DNA of 64,000 nt, taken from contig NGBS01000293.1 of the NCBI GenBank assembly GCA_002245135.1, forward strand, positions 62,001 to 126,000, in the 5' to 3' direction. This document shows positions 37,402-52,264 of the stretch, piece by piece. The translations under genes and the position numbers were made by a program. This DNA comes from Proteromonas lacertae (lineage: Eukaryota). Every line of letters begins with the position of its first letter. Positions within the stretch are counted from its first letter, which is position 1. Under the pieces are notes generated by a model. The model made no database searches. It had not been told where the DNA came from and saw only the letters and a program-made list of their open reading frames with translations.

Positions 37402-40400
37402 GTATGCTGGATCATCTATATCATACACTGATATTAACCACGCAGCTCAAATTCTATCAGGTACAATCTACGACAGTAATAAAGGTCACAGAAACTCAAT
37501 GATAGTAAATATCGATGTTTTATGCCAATTATTCCCATTAGATACAAAAGCAACCGAATTTCAAATTCGTCAGTGTATCAACATAGTGAATATGCCGCTT
37601 TATGATAGATTCGATTCCATTGTTCATGATATATTTGATTCCTTATTTGGTTCAGTAAGTTACAGATTTGTTAAAGCTGGTGGTGGAAAAAAAGTATTAT
37701 CTGAGGATTTTCCACTCGTTGAACCTTATTTCAATGAGATTAAATGCGAAGATAACACTTCATTCTATGTAGCAAACAATGGTTTTATATGGAATGGCAA
37801 TGTAAGAGAAGATTTTACAGCTGAAGGTAAAGGATGTGCAGCTGATACTAATTATTTAAGAAGAAAGATAGTTATATGGGGTGATTGTGTAAAATTAAGA
37901 TATGGAAATCAACCATCAGATTCACAATGGTTATGGGATTATATGACTAAATATATATGTGATATGGCAAAGATATTTCATGGAATTCGATTGGATAATG
38001 CTCATGGAACACCAATTCATGTATCAAGCTATTTGCTTGACAAAGCTCGAAGTGTCAATCACAATTTGTTAGTATGTGCTGAATTATTCACAGGTGATAA
38101 TAACTTAGATAAATTCTATGTTAGTGAAATTGGTATTAATATGTTAATCCGTGAAGCAATGCAAGCACCATCTCCATTTGAATTATCTCGTTTTATTCAC
38201 ATGTGTGGAGGAAGAGCAGTAGGTTCAGTCAATTCAGAAGATGATAATATCATTAACTGTGGTAGTTCAACATTACCAGCTGTATTATATGATTGTACTC
38301 ATGATAATGAAACTCCTACAATGAAAAGAACATCTGAAGATACACTAAGTAATGGAGTGTTATGTTGTATGGCATGTTGCCCTTATGCTTCTACTAGAGG
38401 TTATGATGAGATTATACCAAATACACTATCAGTAGTAACTGAAAGAAGAACCTACAATAATGATACAATGATTGGTATTATTCCAGCTAAGAAGTTGTTT
38501 AATAAGTTACATGAGATATTAGGTGTTTATGGTTATAATGAGATTCATGTACATCATGATGGAGTTCCTGGTGGTGCTGATTTGATTACTATTCAACGTA
38601 ATCATAATATAATGAGAAGATCTGTTATTACTGTGGTTAGAACGAGTTTTGGTGGAAGTAGTAGAAGTGGTAATTTACCTGATGTATTTATACCTGGTAA
38701 TATAGTTGGTGTTATTGCTAGTATATATAGTTATTATATATTGATTATTATTATTTTTATTATATTAATAGGTTGTAGAATTGATGTAATTGGTAATAAT
38801 TATAAAGAAGATCCAAATATTATAAATGGATTTCAAATATCTTTTTTTTTATTTTGTAAATAGAGTTTTATTTTCTTTAATATCTTTTTTTTACTGTCGA
38901 TTAGATACATCTGGTTATCAAACTTACTCCTCCTTTGAAGTTCACAAAGACAATAATACAACAACAATACACTTAAATGGTGGACAATTCCCTCCAGGTT
39001 CAGTTTTAAGCGTATTGGTTGAAAGTAACAGTGATATTCAATTACCAGGTCATATATTAAACTATGATGAGTGTATTGAAAGGATCAAAAATACACCAAA
39101 AGATATAGAATCATTACCATTCAAACAAGAAGAAAAACTATCCGTTACAATGTTAAAAGAATATTTAGCCAATCCACAAATCGATTTAGCTGCTTTCAAT
39201 ATCTTATTATATCGTTGTGATAATGAAGAAAGAGATATAAGTAAAGGATCAAGAGGTGTTTATGGAGTTAAAGATACTGAGATCTGTTTTGCTGGTATAG
39301 CTGGAATATGTATTCCATTAAGAAAAATTATTAAATATAATGACATGGGTCATCCAATATTCAATAATTTAAGAGAAGGTAATTGGTTATTAGATTATAC
39401 AGTGGAAAGATTAAGTCAAGAGCCATTATTAGTGGATATACAAAACTGGTTAAAGAATCAATTTGAAGTGATTAAAAAGTTACCAAGAGGTTTTATTCCT
39501 GTTCATTTCTGTAGAATTATGATGTGTTTGTATAATAACACTATTGAAGAAGTATCAAAACGATTAAGTTCCTTCTGCAGATTAGATAATATTATCAATG
39601 AATTAGCATTAACATCTGTACAATTAGTTGGTTATACTCCATCAGGTAAACTTAATGCTAATAATCCAGATAGATCAATCTCCATGCCAGCTGGTTTCCC
39701 TCATTTTAGTACTGGTTATATGAGAAACTGGGGAAGAGATACTTTTATCTCATTAAGAGGTTTATTATTAACAACTGGTCGATTTAATGAAGCTAAATAT
39801 ATAATAATGGGATATGCAGCTGCTTTAAGACATGGTCAAATCCCTAATCTTTTAGATGGTGGATTACATGCTAGATATAATGCAAGAGATGCCACTTGGT
39901 TTTATTTATATTCAATTCATGAATATTGTAGTATGAGTAATGATTATAGTATCTTAAATGAAGAAGTAAATAGATTATATCCAACTGATGATCAAAGCCA
40001 ATATGATGAGAATAATCATTACAAAGGTGATCCTAAGGACTGTAAACAACCATTGTACAAACTCATTCAAGAAATAATGACAAGACATGCAAATGGTATA
40101 AATTATCGTGAATGGAATGCAGGTCAAAAGATTGATGGAAGAATGCAAGATGGAGGTTTTAATGTATCAATTAGATTGGATAAAGAAACTGGATTTATCT
40201 ATGGTGGAAATCCATTAAATTGTGGTACTTGGATGGATAAGATGGGTGAAAGTATGAGAAGTGGAACTTGGGGAGTTCCATCAACACCACGAGATGGTTG
40301 TGATATTGAAATATTGGGATTATTGAAGAATATATTGAGATGGTTAGTTGAATTACATGAGAAAGGATTGTATGAATATGATGGAGTTGATATTAAAGAA

Positions 40401-41102
40401 AATGGAAGTGATAAACATTTTACATTTAAAGAATGGAATGATAAAATCCAAAAGAATTTTGAGAAGTATTTCTATATTCCAGTCAATCCTAAAGAAGATA
40501 AAGACTATGATATTTTAGCCAATTTAATCCGTGGAAGAGGTTATTATAAAGATGTATTAGGAAGTACAGCTAAATACAGTGATTATCAATTAAGACCAAA
40601 CTGTTTGATCGCTATGGTAACAGCACCTGAATTATTCAACTCAGATCATATCCATACAACATTATTAAACATTGAAAGATATTTATTAAACGATGATCGT
40701 CAATTAGGTATTAAAACTCTAAGTTATTTAGATGGAGAATATCGTGGTTATTATAATAATGATGCTGATAATGGTGATAGATCCACTGATAAAGGATTTA
40801 ATTACCATCAAGGTCCAGAATGGGTTTGGCCATTTGGTTATTACTTAAGAAGCAGAATATTATTCCCACCAGAAAGCTGGGATAACAGTACAAGTTGGAA
40901 TGAAAAAACTCAATATTATATTGGTGCATTGTATAGACATAATTTGTATATGAATGATGATCACTGGAACAGCTTACCTGAATTAACAAATGAGAATGGA
41001 AATTTCTGTAGTTATAGTTGTAGAAGTCAAAGTTGGTCTACTGCTACATTGTTGGATGCATTGTATGATTTGAGTAAACAAAGTATTTGCCCTACTCTTT
41101 AA
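36176..41102 (+). CDS. AGL: Glycogen debranching enzyme (eukaryotic bifunctional 4-alpha-glucanotransferase/amylo-1,6-glucosidase; multi-exon)
   Basis: YNFIHFTPLQ, DIVLNH, WGDCVKLRYG, GIRLDNAHGTP, AELFTG, DCTHDNE, AGFPHFSTGYMRNWGRDTFISLRG, NCGTWMDKMGES, YHQGPEWVWP and LPELTNENG motifs. Confidence 0.97.
38837..38894 (+). other. Putative U12-type AT-AC intron in AGL (58 nt)
   Basis: CAA|ATATCTTTT...TTTTCTTTAATATCTTTTTTTTAC|TGT is a phase-0 join that restores the frame (GFQ-CRLDTSG). A GT-AG alternative (38856-38904) is also frame-compatible. Confidence 0.65.
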
Positions 41103-41340
41103 ATTATCGAAGTATTATTGTAAAATGGAATTATATTATTATGAATACATTTTTTTTTTGTTTATGTAATAATCATAAAAGATAAACAACCATTTTTTAT
41201 TTGTTGTTTATATTTTTAATCATATAATTTTAAATAATACAAATACAAATTGTATTGTATAAATATGTTTTTTGTGTTTTGTTTGTTTTTATTAATAAAA
41301 GAAAAGAAAAAACAAGAATTTCAAAAAAAGATTATAATTT

Positions 41341-44300
41341 TTATTTATTAGCTCGTTCTATTTCATTAATTCTTATACGATTCTTAATAGTTTGTTCTAA
41401 TTGAGGGAATAACGATATAACATATTTCAATTGTTCTTCTTTCAACAAATCCATCAAATCATAACCTTCATTTCCACAAGCAACCATAAACTTTATTAAT
41501 CCATTCCAAGCTGTAATATTCTCCTTCCATATTTCCTTCTCAATAGCTAACTTTACTAAATCCAATAAGAAGTTCTTTGTTGATTCATATTTTATATAAC
41601 ACAAAGCTGTAGTCTCTACTGCTAATGTTGGAAATGGTGATTTATCATACAACTGTTTTAAAGATTCAGTTATAACTTCTCTTGTGTAAATATTACTTAA
41701 AGTCTTTATACAATAAGTAATTGCATCTCTGATATTGGAACTATAGTTGGCAACATCTTGTAAGTGTAAATTAACAATCATTTGCACTGGAGTAATATCA
41801 GTTACAACTGATTCAGGAATAATAGCTGTTAGTGTAAGTTTTAATTCAAATCCTTTCAATTTTATGATGGATGGTAGTAATTCTAATATTTTATCAGCTG
41901 TAAAACTACTGAATAAGGGAACTATATATCTTATATCATTGTTTTTAATGTCATAAAGAGTTTCTAAATGGTATTTTATTTCATCACTTATTTCATTTCC
42001 TTTTACTATTCAAATACAATAATAATAATGATAATAATAATATACATATTTCATTAACAGCCAATAAGATAAATCCTTCTGCTCCATCTGGATCATCCGT
42101 TATACATTTAATTATTTCAAAAGGATCAACATTCTTTTTCATTTCTTGTAGCAAACGAGGTAAAAATATATAAATTGCTTTTTGAACATTAATATCAGTG
42201 TGTTTATACAAGTTTCTTATTTCATTTAATAATGTGTATTTCTTAGTGCATAATGCAATTAATAAATCAATCTTTGGCCATATAGTCTTTTCTTTACCTT
42301 CTTTCTCTTTTTCAGCAGGTGTTGTTGGTGTAGCTGTTGCTTTAGCACCAGTATTCAATTTCAATACATTTGCGCTTGTATTATTCTCTAAAGTAGAAGG
42401 ATCAACTTGTAACAATTGAATTTGTTGTTTTGAAAAGTTTTCTATTTGTGATTCATATCCTTCTCCATATATATTCTGTACAACCAACTTAATAGAAGCA
42501 GTTCTAATATTCTTTTGTGGTAAAGAAGTCAAATATAACAACACTTCCATTGCAATATAACCAGACTCAGATCGATTCAAAACAACTTCTTTTAATAAAG
42601 ATAATCCAATATCTCTTAATTTATCTTCACCTTCAGTTGTACACATTTCTCTAATTGGTTCAAAAAATGATTTATGTAATAATGGACAATTAGTATAAAT
42701 ATTAATCAAAGAGTTAGAGTCTTTAGTATGCAAATTTTCAATCAATTTTGTAATAATAGACATAGTAACTTTTCTATAAAAAGTATGATCTTCAGATAGA
42801 TCAATTAATAAAGATTGATACATTAATAAAGAGCAAAGTTCAACTTTATTATGAGTGGTAATATAATGAATAATAGTATCAAATATTGGAGGAATTCTAT
42901 CAATTTCATTGTTACTGTTATTATAACTTAACGAACATAATAACTTTACTAACATTGCCCACCATTTGTAACAATTAGGAAAATCATTTTCATTTCTGGT
43001 TGATAATTGTTTGAATAATCTTTCTAATGAATAATTGGATAATTCAAAACATTCATCTTCATTTAGTACGATATTATTGCTGTTATTGTATGGAATATTG
43101 GATGAAGATGCTGGTTCATTTTCACTAGCATAAATACTCTTTAAGAATTCTTTATTGGTTATTCCAGTATTTGCATCATTTGCTCTCTATTTCATAAATA
43201 TATAAATAAATGATACTGATAAAACTGGTGAATTATTTATATTCACAAATATTGTATCAACCATATATTCTGTTGGGAATGATAATGCTTCTTCTAACGT
43301 AATTATATTCCCATATTCATCATGTTCTAAATGAGAATAATCTGATCTATAGTTATCAGGTCTCATGTTTAGTAATTCACGTCTTCTATTGATTTGAGGT
43401 GCAACTATATAATAATTAATAATTAATAATAACTATACGTTTTTTATGTTGATCTGAATGATCTGTTAAGATTTTTAAGCCACTTTTAAGAGTTCTATTT
43501 ATTCCTCCAATGAATTTTTCATCAACATACCAAATAGTATTCTAATAATAATAATAACAACAATAATAATAATATAATATAATATAAAATGAATATATAC
43601 TTCATATTCTTCAAATTTTAATTTTAACATATCCAATAATGCAATTCTTGTAGTTGCTAAGTTACGAAGTGTGTTGATAATTTCATTAATTATAATATGA
43701 TCTAATGGAATTTCATAATTTTTATTTTCAGTTAAAATATCACATAAAAACTTTATATAACTCTAGAAATAATATATATATTATAATATTATAATAATTA
43801 TACATTTGCTCTTTCTTCCAGTATATTTCTATTCAAGAATGGGTGTGTTAGTGGAATATCTTGAAGTGTAAAAATATTTGCATCAATCGGCGGTCTAATT
43901 ATCTTATTATCAGATGGGTAAGTGAAACATAAGATTACTGTCCTGAGGAACTTTATTGTGCATTTTCTTACTCTATTATTGTCTTTAGGAAATGACTATA
44001 TTAAATATATAACTTAATAGACTTCATACATATTTGATCATATCTTCTAAAGTACAAATACCATTCCAAACAGCCTTTTCATCTTTGTTAGATATTAAAT
44101 AACTAATAAAAACATATAAATCAGGTAAATATACTGTAGTAAGTCTCTATAAAATGAATTCAAGAATGAGATGACTTCTTCTTTCACTGATGTATCCGAA
44201 TTGGAATATATTGTGTATAATGTCATGTACAAGTGATCATGGATAGCTATACACATTATAACGATAGAGATATACATTTTTTATTTTTGGTACACAATAC

Positions 44301-44599
44301 ATTTAGATATTTCAATACAAACTTCTTAACTAAATTATTAGAACATGTCTATAATGCATAATATGAAAAACAACAAGGATATATACTTGTAGAGGTAATA
44401 TTCTGTCAATTACATCAGTCAAAAAATTAGGATGTTGGCTAAATATATATTCACTAACATATCCAATTTTATCTTTCAACTCTTGACCTAGTAAATCACA
44501 TTATTTTGAAATACTCTGTGCTGTATCCATGCTCAATCCAGCAATGTCATTTAAAGAATCCTCAAGTTCTTTTGGTATAGCATTGTCTTCAATTTCCAT
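41341..44599 (-). CDS. SYMPK: Symplekin/Pta1 (multi-exon)
   Basis: C-terminal ITPVQMIVNLH...LKQLYDKSPFPTLAVET...KEIWKENITAWNGLIKF resembles Symplekin_C. The 5' exons splice in frame from ATG 44599. Confidence 0.75.
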
Positions 44600-44934
44600 T
44601 TTGAAATTAAAAAAGAATAAATGAGGCTGAATTAAACAGATAATCTTATTTAACAAAAATAAAAGCTTGACTTGACTTAGTTTTACTTTTTGTTAAATTC
44701 TGTCACAGACAGTGACTTAAATATGTTAATTTATTTTTTACATTTATTTGCATGTTTAACACTTTCAAAATTTGGAATAAAATACACCTTATGAGATATT
44801 TAAACATTGAGTTGATATAATTTTATAAAATATAAATTATCTTATCAGCAATGTGAATGTGATGTTTCTTTTTTTCACTGCTGCATTGATTATCAGAATA
44901 AGAGTTTCAAAAAAAGAGGGGTTTCAAAATCAAA

Positions 44935-47900
44935 ATGAAAAAACGAACTTCAGAATTAGAGAGCCAGGTTATAGAAGAGACGTTAAAAAAATCAACTCAT
45001 TTATCAGGGAGTGAAGCACAAATTAGAACTCAACTTAGATCACTAAAAGCACAGAATGTGATGAACTCTAGATTTAGCAAGACTGCTCCTGTTTCTACAA
45101 CTCCATTATTACCTCTTATAAATGAAATTAAAGTTACACCATCTGTTGATGAAGATGTTCAAAAAGGAGTTGATTATGAGTTATTAAAGAAAATAGCAGA
45201 ATCTCCCCATACTCCAATGTTTCCTCCTATATCTGTAAGCTCTAGTTTATCTACTCCATTTGGTTGTTATGAAGAAAATTGGTGGGATATTGTTGATTCT
45301 AATCGTTCTCGTTATTTGAACAATATATTATTAAATTTAGAAACATTATTTAAGTATCTAATTATTATTTTTATAACAATATTAGTTATCGTAAAGTGTT
45401 GAGATATTTCCAACATTGGAAGAAATATGATAAAAGCCTTAGAAAGATTTATACTTACTATAACTATTATGCAACATTAATACAAAAGGTATATAGAGGA
45501 TATCACAAACGAAAGAAGTATAAGCAACAGAAAGTACTGAAAGAGGCAGAATCTTATTATCTAGCACAAAATACACGAAGAAAATTAAGAAAACTGAATC
45601 AGAAGAGATATATAACTCCACATGATTTTGCTACAAGAATACAGAAGTTTTATAGAGGTTATAAAACGAGATTGTATTATATCCCATTATTACAAAAATA
45701 TATTCGTTTCATAATTCAAATAATTGTTGGAATTGGATCATTGGTTGATAAAGACATTGTAAATGATTTGATGTTTGTTTCTATTGAAGATAAACTCTCT
45801 ATTAACATCGCTTTATATTATAGTTATCAACCTCCAGCTTCATTAGTTTCATTACATTTTTATAAGATATTTTATCAATTGAAAAAAATATATGATAGAA
45901 GGCAAGAAGAAATAAAAGTATATTTTATCATACAATATATATATATATATATTTATTTATTTATATTTATTATAGAAACATGTAAAAGAAGTAAAATCAT
46001 ATCAAAAACACTATTATGATATAAATATGAAATTTCAAACTAACAATGAAATAGCAAAAGTCAATATTTACAATGTAAAATACAAATTAAAGAAATTAGA
46101 AGAAGAAAAAGAATGGATTGAAAGAGAAAAACAAGAATTATTAAATCCTGTAACTAGACCAAGAAATGGTTTAGTTATTCCATTCATTCAAAGGCCAATT
46201 CAATTAACGAAAGCAGATTTGAGAAAGCAAGAAAGAATATTAATGAAGAAAATCAGTTCTACGCTAGATACATGTACTGTAAGAAGTGAATTTGAGATTC
46301 CTGATTATTATCCTGAAGTATATGATCCAGTTCAAAGAGAAATTGATAAAATAAAAGAATACAATGAAAGACAATTGATGATGGCTGAAGAAATGCACCA
46401 AATTGGTGTAGAAAAAGCTATTCAAATATATGCCAATATAAATCAAAGGAAACAGTATGAACGATCAGTTTATATTCATAACTTATTGAAAGAAAGAGAA
46501 AAAGTGAGAAGAAAGAATGAAAACTTGAGAATGATGCAAGAAGATCAATTTTCTAAAGATTTGAGAGTTTATTACTTAAATAAAGAAAGAAGAGAAGAGA
46601 AAATGTTACAAAGAGAGCAAGAAGAATTACAGCAAGAAGAAAAACGAAGAGAAGCATATGAATTAAAAGCTATGTTTAGAAATGATCCTTGGGAACAAGA
46701 AAATAGAGAAAATGAAAGGAAAGAAGAAGCTGCTAATAAAATTGATCCAAAGAAAGTGGAGAGATTAAAAAAATATCATGAAAGATTAAGACAAAGAAGA
46801 AGAGCCAAAATTGTGAAACAATTGAATATATTTCATGGTAGAGCACCAATTACAAAGAAGGATCAAAAACTAATGGAGAATTTAACCAAAGTGGCTATTA
46901 ATTATCCAGAATTAGGTAAATATTGGGTTAAAGTATATCAGTCAGAACCTCCATCCCGTCAATCATCAATGCATAGTTATTATATCATCGATGGAGATGA
47001 AGAAGAAGAACAATCACAAAATAAAGATGAAACAACCGATTCTCAATCACAGAATACCAATCAACAACCATTACTACAGCAAAGAATGGCAAGAAAGACA
47101 ACAATGGATCAAGCTCAATACTCATTAAACCCATCTCTCAATCCAAATAATACAATGTATGAGTTAGGAAAAGGACAAGGTTTGACAAGCCAGCCATCAA
47201 TGGCAAGACAACCTTCTATGGCATTAGGAGGACATCAAATGAATAAAGCTCCTTCATTAATCACAAGAACTAAATCCATCACTAGAACTGCATCTTCACA
47301 GTATAAATTTACTAGGAAAAGCAGTGATCATGGATCAATGAATAGAAAAATGTCAAGAAGTCCTTCTAAAATGATGAATGCTACAGATACAATGAATTCA
47401 ACCAATATATCACAGTCTATAATGGGAAGTACACAAGGATCTATATTACCATTATCTGAATTAGAAGCTACAAGTGAGAATATTAATGAAGGAGAAACTC
47501 AACAACAACAACAACAGGAAGAGGAAGATGAATATGAGATTATTGGTATTGTTGATACAGATACTCCAGAAGATATTGTACAGAGAATGAAACAACAGAA
47601 AATAGATGAAGAAGTTCATTGGAGAGAATGGGATCAAGTATATTTTATATTTTTTCACTATATATGATAGATGGTCTATGAAGATGAATTAGCAACAACA
47701 TATCGTGATGAATTAAATACAATAGTAAAAGAGACAAATATAAGGTTTTTGAATGAATTACTTACAATAAATAAAGTAAAAGCTGAGAAAGATAGAAAAG
47801 CAAGGAAAGAAGTATCAGATGCAAAACAAAGGAGTATTAGAGAAAGAGATAAGATTAAAAGACTGAAGAAAGATCATGATTTATTAAGTAAATCAGTTGA

Positions 47901-50900
47901 TTTGTTATTTAGAAAGAATAAAGCACTAGAACAAGAAAATGTATAAATATTTATTATTTATATTATTATTATTATTATTATTATAGAAAACGAGAGAACA
48001 AATACAAAGAGCAGTTAGAGAAGAAAAAGAGAAAGTAAGACTTAAGATAATAGCTCAAGAAACAAGGAATGAAGTTGTTAAATATATGATTGATTATTTG
48101 ATTAAGAAATCAGTAAGAGATTCAGAACATGCAAAGTTGAATAAAAGAGAAGAAGAGAAATGTAAGAAATTGAAAGAGGAATATGATAAAATGGAAACTG
48201 GTGAGATGAAGATTGAAGCTACATCACTTGCTTATTTCAGAAAGAAGAGAATTGAGAGAAGACAATATCAAAAAGCAATGTCAAAAGTGTTAGAGAAAGC
48301 TGATGAGTTTGAAAAATCATATAAAAAAGTATATATATATATATTTGTAAATATTTATTATTTTGTGTATAGAAATATTTGGATGGTTTATCATCTTATC
48401 AATTTGGAGGTGAAGGACTGATATTAGAAAGGAATAAAAGGTATAGCGAAATGCCAGGAATGTATAATATACTTTACTATCTCAATGTAATGACAAATGA
48501 GAAACTAAGAATGAATACTGATTTTATTTCTGTTCCAGATTTAGAAGTATTTACATAAATTTCATTATTTATTTTTTGTATATATATAGGAACCTGTTGC
48601 AATAAATTACCATATAAATGTGAAAAGTCAAACTGAATTTGATTTAGATTACAATATAGAAACACCGCCAAAAGAGATGGGAGATCCAGATATAGTAATG
48701 CCAGAGTGGTTAAGAAGAATATTACCTCCTGTAGATCAAGAATGGTCAAGTGATGTAAAGAAAGCCAGTGATGATGCATTAGTGAATTTACAAGTATTTT
48801 TAAAACAAGCATTGACATTGAAACAAATTGAATCATTACAAAAGAGAATGTTGAAATTTGCTTATCAAATTGTTGCACAGAATAATCAACAAGGTTTAGA
48901 AAAGTGTATGATTACAATATATGAAACTATCTTAAGTGCTGGTATTAAAATGAATATGGTTTGTTTAAGTCATCCATTTGTATTGCCTTATATTTCAGCA
49001 AGACATAATCCAACAGATTATAGTCAATTGTCATTGTATTATGCTGGCTTGTTTGAAGATTTGATCTTTTATAAAACGGCTATTAGATTGTCAAATGAGA
49101 AATTATATGGGTTTATTGCTGAAAAGAATGAACCAGATATTGAAGATGGAATATCATTAACTGTATTTCTTACATATTTATATATATATTATACATTTAA
49201 ATAGTCTTTTCCAAAGATATACAGTATAACATACAACTGCTTAGAGTTTTGTATTGAAACAATTAGTAATGGTGAAATTGGTATATTGTTATATGATGTA
49301 ATAGAAAATGATTAGTATTTTATTTCATTATAGATTATAATTTATAGTAAATTGATAAATACAAAACTGAGTTTAGGTTATCAAATAATCAAATTAGACA
49401 ATCTATATCCAGAAAGAGAATATAATGTTTCATTCTATGGATTGAATAACAAAGAGAAATACAGTTTCAGTTTCGTTACTCCGATGAAGTTTGTACCAAA
49501 TATTCATATCTTAATAGGTGATGATAGAGATATTAAGAATCATAAAAGATCTTTTAAGAATGTAAATTCATTGTATATTTCATTACCAATCAACACAAAG
49601 AAAGTTGTAAATGATTTGACAAACGGTTATGTATTACCAACAGCTTATGAATTAGCATGTACAAATAATAAAAGTATTCCTTGTAACTTTCATATCATTA
49701 AAATTGGATATGTAGCAATCATAAGAGCTGATATTTTATATGAATATTTCACAAACCATAACATTGTATATATATATTCTTATTATAATAATGAATAAAT
49801 AGAAGATAAAGACTTTATCTGATGAATTAAAGAGATATGTAGCTCAATATCTTATAGATCCATCCATTCTATCAGTTATATTAGTAATGAGAACTTGTGA
49901 ATCAAGATCCAATGATAAAGTATATGAATACAGTAATGGAACTGAATATCGAATATTATACAGAGCTTATAGTGATATTATTAGAGCATTTAATCTATGG
50001 AAATTAGCAAATAATCATAGACAATTGATTGTATTAAATACACCGAATATACCTGTTAATTTAAATGATTTTATACTAATGAAATTACGAACATCTTCTC
50101 AAGTTGCAAGTCAATTACCATATTACTGTAGAGTAGTTCCATATGATCCAGAGTATTACTTCTTTAAGAGAAAACTAATTGAAATGCAATATTCACTTCA
50201 TTATTATAAATGTGGTGTAAAAATCAAAAATCATTATTATTTTGTTCGTTTTAGACATGTAAGTAATGGAATTTACATATTTTTATATCGTGCAATGGAA
50301 TTGAATGTTTTAGCTCAATTATTACCATACGAATTATTAGTAGAGAAATTTGGATTTAATATAAACTGTCCAATTACAACATTAGCCAATATTTTATTAC
50401 CATGTATAACAATACACAAAGGTAAAATCTTGTTATTAAAGAAAGAAGAAATGGATGAGTTAAATGATAAAGATAGAGAAGAATTCCATGAAGAGTTCAA
50501 AGATAAATTAAAGAAAAGAAACAAGTATGGAGATGATGAATCATTCCCAGGAATTACTCCATATGTATTAGAACATGAAGGTAAAAAAGACTTGGAAGAA
50601 TTCAAAGAAAAGAAAAAACATAAACATCATCATCATAAGCATCACAAGGATAATCTAAGTACAGATAGAAGAAGTTCAATAAATAGAAAGAAACGTAAAG
50701 TATCTACACCATTAACACCTCAATTGAATAATATAAAAGAAGAAAATGATAGTGAAGATGAATATGGAAGTGATAATGGTAGTGGTGGAAGTGATTATGA
50801 TAGTGATTCAAGTAGTTCATCATCATCATCTTCTTCTTCTTCTCTTGATAGTGAAGGTGAATATATAAGATTAAACTCATTACAGAATCAAAATACTTTT

Positions 50901-51616
50901 GCATTCTTACCTGAAGATGCATTTAATGCAATTCAAAATGAAGAATCTCCAACTCTTATTGATGAGAATGATTTGAATAATCTGAAGATTAGTAACAAGT
51001 ATAAAGCAAGTTTATTCAAGCCATCATTGTTAGAAGATGAAAATAGGAATGAATTACCATATTTAATAAGACAGCAACTACCAAAAGATCGATTAAAATA
51101 CTTTGAAAATTGTGTTGAAATTGAAAGAAAAGGACATGAAGCAAAATGTAAACAAACAAATTTATTAATGGATTTATTCAAAAGTGCTTTAAATATGTAT
51201 AATAATGGTGAATATCGAGATTCAGTAAAACAATTTGAATATGCCAGAAAATGTGGTTATTTATCTAATAAGTTGTTTTTGAATTTAGCAAGAGCTCATA
51301 GTCATATTTGGCTAAGTGAATTTGATTATGATCATTTACATATATCATTAGAGTATTATATGAAATGTTTAGAGAATCCAGATTTCAATGAGAATATAGA
51401 AATAATCAAAGAAGTTATTGATATATATACAAGTTTAGGATATTATACTACTTCACTTGGTTATTTAGGGAAGATAATAATATGTTATCCTACTTATAGT
51501 AATATAGCTTATATTAGTTTATATTGTGCGATGCTATTAGAAGAATTAGATTCAATAGATAACTCAATGATGTATTTAGAATATTGTTTGAATGAAACTC
51601 CACTTGGATTTGATAG

Positions 51617-51652
<36 letters not shown>

Positions 51653-52079
51653 GTCTCACATACTATTACTCTTATGTCGTTTATATGAAAAGAAGAACAA
51701 GAATATAATTGATAAAGATGAAAGAATGAAATTGTTATATGAGAATGTAATAAAGAAAGAAGGTGTTAAAATGGAAGAAAATGAATTGAAAGAATGGTAT
51801 GAAAATAGTGAAACTTGGATTGAAATAGGAGATATTTGTTATAAACAGAATTTATGTATGTATGCTTTATATGCTTATATAAATGGTATAAAGTATGAAG
51901 AAGAGAAAGATGTAGAGATAATGAAGAAAATTAGTATATTATATGGAAGATTATGTCGATTTGAACATGCTTTGTCAAGTATTCAACATGTGTTATTATT
52001 TAATGGTGATGATGTTGATAGTGTGAAAATGAAGGAGAATTTAGTAAAAGCTATTGAACAACAAAAGAAGAAAGAGTAA
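44935..52079 (+). CDS. Large IQ-motif/coiled-coil/TPR protein (multi-exon; may be more than one gene)
   Basis: IQ motifs ATLIQKVYRGYHKRK and ATRIQKFYRGYKTR, a long coiled coil and C-terminal TPR-like helices. Successive ORFs are linked by GT-AG introns; the junctions I checked keep the frame. Confidence 0.65.
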
Positions 52080-52264
52080 TGTCATTTATAAATTATATTT
52101 AATCTTTTTGTATATCTTTTTTGAATGTAATTGTAATATTATAAATAACTTTATAATATGTATGAGTATAAACACAATAACACAATATCTATTCTTAAGT
52201 CATGTTCTTTTCTACTGTAAATACAACAGTAATTTTGGCTTGATAGTTTGAGATTCTTTTTAAA

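Noticed and set aside
43167..45385. GTATCA/GTATCT donors (symplekin intron near 43200, 45354, also 10980) as GT-AG U12 introns
   Set aside because: They are of ordinary ~30-nt length and lack the TTCTTTAAT branch motif.
49200..50150. PhoD-like phosphatase domain inside the IQ/TPR protein
   Set aside because: Only a vague resemblance (HILIGDD), with no full metal-binding motif set; it needs a profile search.
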